Assembly: GCA_963706745.1 (NCBI GenBank)
Contig: CAVPMX010000003.1
Span: forward strand, 101,132-165,131
Length of the DNA stretch: 64,000 nucleotides
DNA from: an uncultured Actinomycetes bacterium
GTDB taxonomy: Bacteria > Actinomycetota > Acidimicrobiia > IMCC26256 > PALSA-610
Direction of reading: 5' to 3'
Shown here: piece by piece, positions 58,270 to 64,000 of the stretch
Position numbering within the stretch: position 1 is the stretch's first letter
How the letters are laid out: each line of letters opens with the position of its first letter
Translations under genes and position numbers: made by a program
The notes under the pieces: generated by a model
Database searches by the model: none
Told to the model about the DNA's origin: nothing
What the model saw: only the letters and a program-made list of their open reading frames with translations

Positions 58270-59148
58270 GGCATCGAGGGCGAAGCGGCGCGCCGAGGCG
58301 CGCATGCCACAGCCGCGCAACCGGTCACAGCAGTGGTGGTACGTCGCCACGGCGCTCGTGGTGGTGATCGGGATCTTCCTCATCGTTCTGACGAAGACCG
58401 ACGGCGGAGGCTCGGGCAGCGCCGCGACCGACAGGCCGAGAGCCGACTTCGACCACTGGCATGCCGCCATCGGTGTCAATGTCTGCGGCGAGTGGCTCCC
58501 GCACCCAGACGCCTTCGACACGCGCGCCGGGCACCGACGTCGCCGGCCGGCATCAACACCCACGGCGACGGCCTGATCCACATCCAACCCGCGGCCGCCG
58601 ACGAGAGCGGCGAGAAGGCCACGCTCGGCCTCTTCATGGAGTTCGGTGGGTGGGACGTTGCTGCCGACTCGTTCAGCGTCTGGGGCGACGTGACCAAGGT
58701 TACGGGCGACGAGTGCGGTGGCGAGGAGGCAGAGGTCCGCTGGTCCGTCGACGGCGACGAGCAGGGCGGAGACCCGTCGGAGCACCGTCTGGGCGATCTC
58801 GAGGTGATCGCGATCGCGCTGCTCCCCGACGGCGAGGAGATCGGCGAGCCCCCTTCGGCGAACGGCGTCTTCACCCCCGACGACGTGTCGCAGGTGTCGG
58901 AGTCCACGGCCGACGGTGCGACGACGCTTCCGGGTGCGACCCCTGCTCCCGGTGCCACCACCGCTCCCGGAGAGACGACCGCTCCGCCGGCGACCACCGC
59001 CCCCGGTGAGACGACTGCACCGCCGGCGACCACCGCCCCGGTCGAGACGACGCTGCCCGTTGCCACCACCGAGCCGCCCGGCGCGACGACTCCGCCGACG
59101 ACCGAGGTGTCGGCGCCGGAACCACCGACCGCTCCGACGGTGCCGTGA
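58262..59148 (+). CDS. Membrane-anchored hypothetical protein with His motifs and Thr/Pro-rich tail; frameshift ~58530
   Basis: Basic N-terminus and TM, DHWHAA, HTHGDGLIHIQP-like motif (NTHGDGLIHIQP), and TTAP repeats. Confidence 0.75.
58918..59100 (+). repeat. 18-bp-period repeats encoding xTTAP(G/P)
   Basis: ATTAPG ETTAPP ATTAPG ETTAPP ATTAPV ETTLPV. Confidence 0.85.
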
Positions 59149-60269
59149 AGGCCGTCGTCCTCGTCGGTGGTGAGGGCACGCGGCTGAGGCCGCTCACACT
59201 CACGACGCCCAAGCCTCTGCTGCCCATCGCCAATCAGAGGTTCCTCGAACGCCAGCTCTCGTGGCTCGCATCGCACGGGATCGACGAGGTGGTCCTCTCC
59301 CTCGGCTACCTACCCGACGTCTTCGTCGAGCACTTCCGCGGCGGTTCGTACCACGGGATCCGGATCCGATACGCGGTCGAGGACCAACCACTTGGGACCG
59401 CGGGCGGCATCAGGTTCGCGGCCGAGGGCATCACCGAGCGCTTCGTGGTGTGCAACGGCGACGTCCTGACCTCGCTCGACCTCACTTCGATGATCGAGTT
59501 CCACCGCGACCGAGGGGCCGCAGCGACGATCTGCCTGTCGCGCGTCGACGACCCGTCGGCGTTCGGTGTGGTCCCGACTCGAGCCGACGGCGAGGTCATC
59601 GGGTTCATCGAGAAGCCGCCTCCCGGTGCGGCCCCGACCGATTGGATCAACGCCGGCACCTATGTCCTCGAGCCCTCGATCCTCGATCGGATACCCCCGA
59701 GGCTCAAGGTCTCGATCGAACGGGAGACCTTTCCCCGCATGGTGGAGACGCGGGGCCAGCTCTTCGCATACGCGACCGACGCCTACTGGCTCGACATCGG
59801 GACGTCGGAGAACTACCTCCAGGCGCACGCAGACGCGCTCGCAGGTCGACTCGGCGTGCCGCCGGCACCGGGTGCGTCGGAGGTATCTCCCGGTGTCTGG
59901 GTCGAGGGCGATGGCTCGATCGACGCGACTGCGCGCGTAGCGCCGACGGCACTGATCGGAGCCGGAGCATCAGTCGGGCGGGGGTCGGTGCTCGCAGGCG
60001 CCGTCCTGGGGCCGCGCGTCGCCGTCGCAGACGGTGCGCGCATAGAGCGGTCGGTCGTCCTGGAGGGCGCGCTGATAGGTGCCGCGTCGGTGGTGTCCGA
60101 CTCGATCATCGGTCCGGGAGCGAGGATCGGGCCGAATGCCGTGCTGAGCGATCAGACGATCGTCGGAGCGTCCGCCGACGTACCGCCGCACAGCCGGATC
60201 TCCGGCGGCAGGGTGCAGCCTGGTCCCCGTGAGGACCGGCACCGGCCCATCGAGGTGGGGAACTCCTGA
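59145..60269 (+). CDS. manB: Mannose-1-phosphate guanylyltransferase (NDP-sugar synthase)
   Basis: LVGGEGTRLRPLT, PKPLL, PLGTAGG, NGDVL, FIEKP, INAGTY, SIERETFP, WLDIGT, and a hexapeptide tail. Confidence 0.9.
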   Translation: MKAVVLVGGEGTRLRPLTLTTPKPLLPIANQRFLERQLSWLASHGIDEVVLSLGYLPDVFVEHFRGGSYHGIRIRYAVEDQPLGTAGGIRFAAEGITERFVVCNGDVLTSLDLTSMIEFHRDRGAAATICLSRVDDPSAFGVVPTRADGEVIGFIEKPPPGAAPTDWINAGTYVLEPSILDRIPPRLKVSIERETFPRMVETRGQLFAYATDAYWLDIGTSENYLQAHADALAGRLGVPPAPGASEVSPGVWVEGDGSIDATARVAPTALIGAGASVGRGSVLAGAVLGPRVAVADGARIERSVVLEGALIGAASVVSDSIIGPGARIGPNAVLSDQTIVGASADVPPHSRISGGRVQPGPREDRHRPIEVGNS

Positions 60270-61228
60270 TGGCCGCGAAGGCACTGGTGACCGGCGGGGC
60301 CGGATTCATAGGCTCCACTCTCGTCGACCGACTCCTCGCAGAGGGATGGCGCGTCGACGTCGTCGACGACCTGTCGAGCGGGAGCCTCGCCAACCTCAGC
60401 GACGCTCGCAACCAGCCCGGACGTCGGTTCTCGTTTCATCGCATGGACATCCGATCACCAGGAATCGTCGATCTCATAGCGCATCGGCGTCCGGATGTCG
60501 TGTACCACCTCGCTGCCCAGGCCGACGTGCGCGTCTCTGTGGCGCGCCCCACCTTCGATGCCGAGGTCAACGTCATCGGGTCGCTGAACGTCTTCGAGGG
60601 CTGCGTCGCCGCGGGGGTGGGGAAGGTTGCCTTCGCCTCGTCCGGGGGGACCATCTACGGCACACCGGAGGAGATCCCCACCAGGGAAGGGCATCCGCAA
60701 CGTCCGGAGTCGCCGTACGGTGTGGCAAAGAAGGCCGTGGGCGACTATCTCCACTACTACCGCGAGGTTCGCGGGCTCGAGTACAGCGCACTGGCCCTCG
60801 CGAACGTCTACGGGCCCCGCCAGGACCCGAACGGCGAGGCGGGGGTCGTCTCGATCTTCGCGGCTCAGCTCATCGCGCGTGAGCGTCCGGTCATCTTCGG
60901 CGACGGCAAGCAGACGCGCGACTTCGTCTTCGTGGACGACGTGGTCGATGCGTTCGTGCGTGCGGCGGAGAAGGGTGGAGGCCTGCTCATGAACGTGGGC
61001 ACGGGAGTCGAGACGAGCGTGCAGACGCTCTTCGACGTGATGGCACGCCTGACAGGATTCAAGGAGCCCGCCCGCTACGAGCCGCCAAGGGTGGGCGAGC
61101 TGGCCCGATCGGCGATCGACCCGGGTCGCGCCGGCATTCACCTCGGATGGAAGCCGTGGACCTCCATCGACGAGGGCCTCGCCCGCACGGTCGAGCACTT
61201 CAAGGCGGCGCGGGCCTCTACCCGCTGA
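60269..61228 (+). CDS. NAD-dependent epimerase (UDP-glucose 4-epimerase-like)
   Basis: TGGAGFIGS, HLAAQADV, SSGGTIYG, YGVAK, NVYGPRQ and TRDFVFV. Confidence 0.92.
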   Translation: MAAKALVTGGAGFIGSTLVDRLLAEGWRVDVVDDLSSGSLANLSDARNQPGRRFSFHRMDIRSPGIVDLIAHRRPDVVYHLAAQADVRVSVARPTFDAEVNVIGSLNVFEGCVAAGVGKVAFASSGGTIYGTPEEIPTREGHPQRPESPYGVAKKAVGDYLHYYREVRGLEYSALALANVYGPRQDPNGEAGVVSIFAAQLIARERPVIFGDGKQTRDFVFVDDVVDAFVRAAEKGGGLLMNVGTGVETSVQTLFDVMARLTGFKEPARYEPPRVGELARSAIDPGRAGIHLGWKPWTSIDEGLARTVEHFKAARASTR

Positions 61229-61256
61229 GCTCCACTGCCCGGGCAGGTCGCAGCTG

Positions 61257-61868
61257 TCACATGACGACGCGCATCGCGTCGAGGTTCAACGGAGGCCGCT
61301 CGTTCGGGGGACGTGACTCGTCGGGGTGGCCCACGATGACCATCGCCTGCGGGTACCAGTTGTCCGCCAGCGCCAGGGCCTCGCGCGCGGCGTTCGAGGC
61401 GAAGGCCGGCGCCGCGACCCAGCAGGCGCCCAGCCCGGCGTCCGCGGCAGCCAGAAGGAGGTTCTCGACGGCGGCGCCGAGCGACAAGACGGCGAGCGTC
61501 CACTCTGCCTCCATGCGCTCCGTGTCGGGGTAGCGGTGAAGGCCTTCTCCCGTGAGGCAGGCGAGCAGCACGACAGGGGCTCCGACTATGCGAGAGCGCG
61601 ATGCCCCGACGAGCGCGTCGATGCGGTCGGCCTCGACCCCGTCGGCCTCGAGGTCCCGCCTCCACAGCACACCCATGGACCCGGCGAGGGCCACCCTCGC
61701 GGCATCCGATCGGATCACCACGAAGCGCCAAGGTCGCGTGTGATGGGGGGCGGGGGCGAGGCATGCAGACTCGATCAGGGCGTCGACGACTCTCGGGTCG
61801 ACGGGCGCTTGCGAGAAGGACCGGATCGACCGGCGCGCGGAGACGAACGGGGCGACGCCGTCGCTCAC
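61257..61868 (-). CDS. Nitroreductase-family protein (FbiB C-terminal domain-like)
   Basis: RRSIRSF, APAPHHTRPWRF and GAAVENLLLAA…GLGACW; own GTG at 61868. Confidence 0.85.
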   Translation of the reverse strand: MSDGVAPFVSARRSIRSFSQAPVDPRVVDALIESACLAPAPHHTRPWRFVVIRSDAARVALAGSMGVLWRRDLEADGVEADRIDALVGASRSRIVGAPVVLLACLTGEGLHRYPDTERMEAEWTLAVLSLGAAVENLLLAAADAGLGACWVAAPAFASNAAREALALADNWYPQAMVIVGHPDESRPPNERPPLNLDAMRVVM

Positions 61869-62582
61869 CGGAACAGATCCTCGGATGCGGGCCGTACCAG
61901 CTCGCGCGGCGGAGCCTTCCCGGAACCACGCGGGATCGAGTCCTCGCACTATCGCCGCCGGGATCCCTGCCGCCTTGCCCATGACGAGCTCGGCGGCGGA
62001 CGCGATCTCGTCCGCGAGCGCGACCTCGGTCACCTGGAGGACGCGTCCGAGTGCGTCGGTCGACTCGCGCAGGTCGACGATCGCCGCGATGCCGCACACC
62101 CCGATGGCCACGTCGGTCAGCCCGTTCCGCCACGGCCTACCGAAGGTGTCGGAGACGATCACCGCCACGTCGACACCATGGCGGGCGCGGAGCGCGTCGC
62201 GGATGTGCCTTGCCGATCGATCGGGCTCCACCGGGAGGAGGGCGGCCATGCCGTCCTCGACGTTGGAGAGGTCGACACCGGAGTTGGCGCAGACGAAGCC
62301 GTGGCTGGTCTCGCTGATGATCAACTCGCCGCGCCTGCGCAGGATGCGGACCGACTCAGACTCGACCAGGCGGAGCCGGGCGTCGCGATCCGAGTGGTCC
62401 AGGGGGACCAGGCGGCCTTCCGCCTTGGAGACGATCTTCTGGGTCACGACGAGGCAGTCGCCGTCGGTCAGTGGAGTTCCTGCGCCGTCGGCGGCCGTTG
62501 CGAGGTGGGTCGCGATCTCGTCGCCGGGGCGGATCTCTCCGACCCCGGTGACCGGGAGAACAGAGAGTCCTGCGGAGGGCAC
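61865..62582 (-). CDS. cofE: Coenzyme F420-0:L-glutamate ligase; frameshift ~61905
   Basis: GEIRPGD, TQKIVSKAEGR, CANSGVDLSN, SDTFGRPWR and ADEIASAAELVMGK. The conserved end ELVRPASEDLFR* is in a shifted frame. Confidence 0.93.
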
Positions 62583-62591
62583 GGCGCAGCC

Positions 62592-63530
62592 CTACGCGAC
62601 GGCTTCGAGCGCGTTGCGAGCCAGGCCCGCCGCGACTTCCGGGCTGCGCATGAGTGTGTCGGCGACGACCGCGCGCACTCCCGCGGCCTCGACCTCGGGC
62701 GCGAGGGCCGCGTCGACGGCGTCGATGACCATCGTTCCGCAGATCTCGGCGTACGTGCGCGCGACGCCCGCGCAGGTCACCTCGATGTCGAGCGCGCGCA
62801 TGAGTCGGTCGGCGGGTCCCCTGACGGGTGCGCCTCCGACGATCGGGCTCACACCGACGACTCGACGTCGCCGAGAGGCAAGCACCTCGCGTATGCCTTC
62901 GACGGCGAGTATCGGGCCTATCGAGATGACCGGGTTCGACGGGCAGATCAGGATCGTCTCCGCCGACTCGAGTGCCTCCAGGACACCGGGGGCCGCACGG
63001 GCCGCCTCGGCTCCGTCGAATCTGACGTTCAGAACCGTCGGCTCGCAGCGGTCGCGCACGAACCACTCCTGCATCCGCAGCTCGACGGCGCCCGTCCCGG
63101 GACCCTCGACCTCGATCCGGGTCCTGACGGGATCGTCGGTCATCGGGAGCAGCCTCGACCGGACCTCCCACGCCGCTGCGATCTCGGCTGTGACCGTCGA
63201 GATGGTCGCGCCCTCCCGCAACCGGCTGGTGCGGTAGAGGTGTGTCGCGAGGTCGCGGTCGCCCAGCTTGAACCATGTCTCTGCGCCGTAGCGCTCCAGC
63301 GAGTCGAGAACCCTGTACGACTCGCCTTCGAGGCCCCATCCCCGTGCCGGGTCGGCGGCGCCGGCGAGCGTGTAGACGACGGAGTCGATGTCGGGTGACA
63401 CGTGGAGCCCGTGGAAGGTGTCGTCGTCGGCGGTGTTGACGATCGCGGTCACGTCGTCTGGAGCCACTACGCGCACGAGGCCCCTCAGGAACCTCGCCGC
63501 ACCTACTCCGCCTGCCAGAGCCACCAGCAC
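62592..63530 (-). CDS. cofD: 2-phospho-L-lactate transferase (FbiA)
   Basis: LAGGVGAARF, NTADD, SPDIDSV, WFKLGDRDLATH and PSNPVISIGPIL. Confidence 0.96.
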   Translation of the reverse strand: MLVALAGGVGAARFLRGLVRVVAPDDVTAIVNTADDDTFHGLHVSPDIDSVVYTLAGAADPARGWGLEGESYRVLDSLERYGAETWFKLGDRDLATHLYRTSRLREGATISTVTAEIAAAWEVRSRLLPMTDDPVRTRIEVEGPGTGAVELRMQEWFVRDRCEPTVLNVRFDGAEAARAAPGVLEALESAETILICPSNPVISIGPILAVEGIREVLASRRRRVVGVSPIVGGAPVRGPADRLMRALDIEVTCAGVARTYAEICGTMVIDAVDAALAPEVEAAGVRAVVADTLMRSPEVAAGLARNALEAVA

Positions 63531-63582
63531 GGCCCCGAGCGTACCGGCGTCGCGAGCTGCGCCGGCAACGAGGTGTGCGCGA

Positions 63583-63611
63583 CGAGGCCCCCTCGCGGGG
63601 AGGGGGCCTCG
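63583..63611 (-). terminator. Hairpin between the last hypothetical gene and cofD
   Basis: Perfect 12-bp stem CGAGGCCCCCTC-GCGGG-GAGGGGGCCTCG, ~20 nt after the stop at 63631. Confidence 0.6.
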
Positions 63612-63630
63612 GACCTGCTGCGGGGTCGGG

Positions 63631-64000
63631 TCAGACGCCGGAGGCGACCGGTGCGCGCAACCTGCTGCGCAGCGGCTCGACCGCCTTGGCCACCGGCTCC
63701 GGGAGTCGCTCCACGAACGGCTCGACGCGCCTTCCGAGCTCGTCTCCGAAGAGCTGGACACGGTCGACGGCCGCCCGGGTCTGCTCTTCGACGGCCCCGC
63801 GCATCTCGCGTGCCCGGGTGTCTACGGTGTCGCGGACGTCCTTGGTGCGCTCGCCGATAAGGGCGCGCACCTCGTCGGGGTCCGGAAGCTCGCGGATGCG
63901 GCTCTCGAATCGGTCGCGTACGGCCTGCGTGCGCTCGTCGAGCCTCGAGGGAACGTCCTCGACGAGACGGCTCCGCACCTCGCGTGCGCGACCGCCGACG
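63631..64000 (-). CDS. Hypothetical charged helical protein, C-terminal part (start outside window)
   Basis: Open to the window edge; amphipathic E/R/D-rich helices broken by Pro; followed by a hairpin. Confidence 0.6.
   Translation of the reverse strand, partial: VGGRAREVRSRLVEDVPSRLDERTQAVRDRFESRIRELPDPDEVRALIGERTKDVRDTVDTRAREMRGAVEEQTRAAVDRVQLFGDELGRRVEPFVERLPEPVAKAVEPLRSRLRAPVASGV

Overview
A GC-rich (~70% by eye) actinobacterial chromosome segment, most consistent with Acidimicrobiia (inferred from gene content and protein style). There is no phage, IS, CRISPR, tRNA or rRNA. About half of the genes, including essential ones (glyA, atpF, atpH, atpC), carry 1-2 nt frameshifts. These look like long-read consensus errors and create several false fusion ORFs. 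In order, the window holds: (1) a Wzx/Wzy-type polysaccharide and amino-sugar locus (1-14.8 kb); (2) rpiB-glyA-wecA and a complete H+-type F1Fo ATP synthase operon with a sigma-A promoter overlapped by a Rex operator; (3) a GH18-like exported protein, glpX and an isobutyryl-CoA-mutase-type large subunit; (4) a four-gene set resembling the mycobacterial 3-O-methylmannose polysaccharide (MMP) pathway; (5) an S9 peptidase, a minimal adenylate cyclase, murA (Cys->Asp type), nifU, meaB, echA, galT, lpdA, accA/bccA, birA, an OatA-like O-acyltransferase, pabB/pabC and an acyl-CoA dehydrogenase; (6) a secreted subtilase with poly-Asp and Trp-pentapeptide tails, preceded by a sigma-28-like promoter and a c-di-GMP-II-like riboswitch; (7) an LCP/ugd/uxs/GT2/wbbL/manB cell-wall locus and F420 genes (cofD, cofE, separate nitroreductase). 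The strongest candidates for something new are the c-di-GMP-linked subtilase unit and the MMP-like cluster outside its described hosts. All homology calls come from motif recognition; no searches were run.
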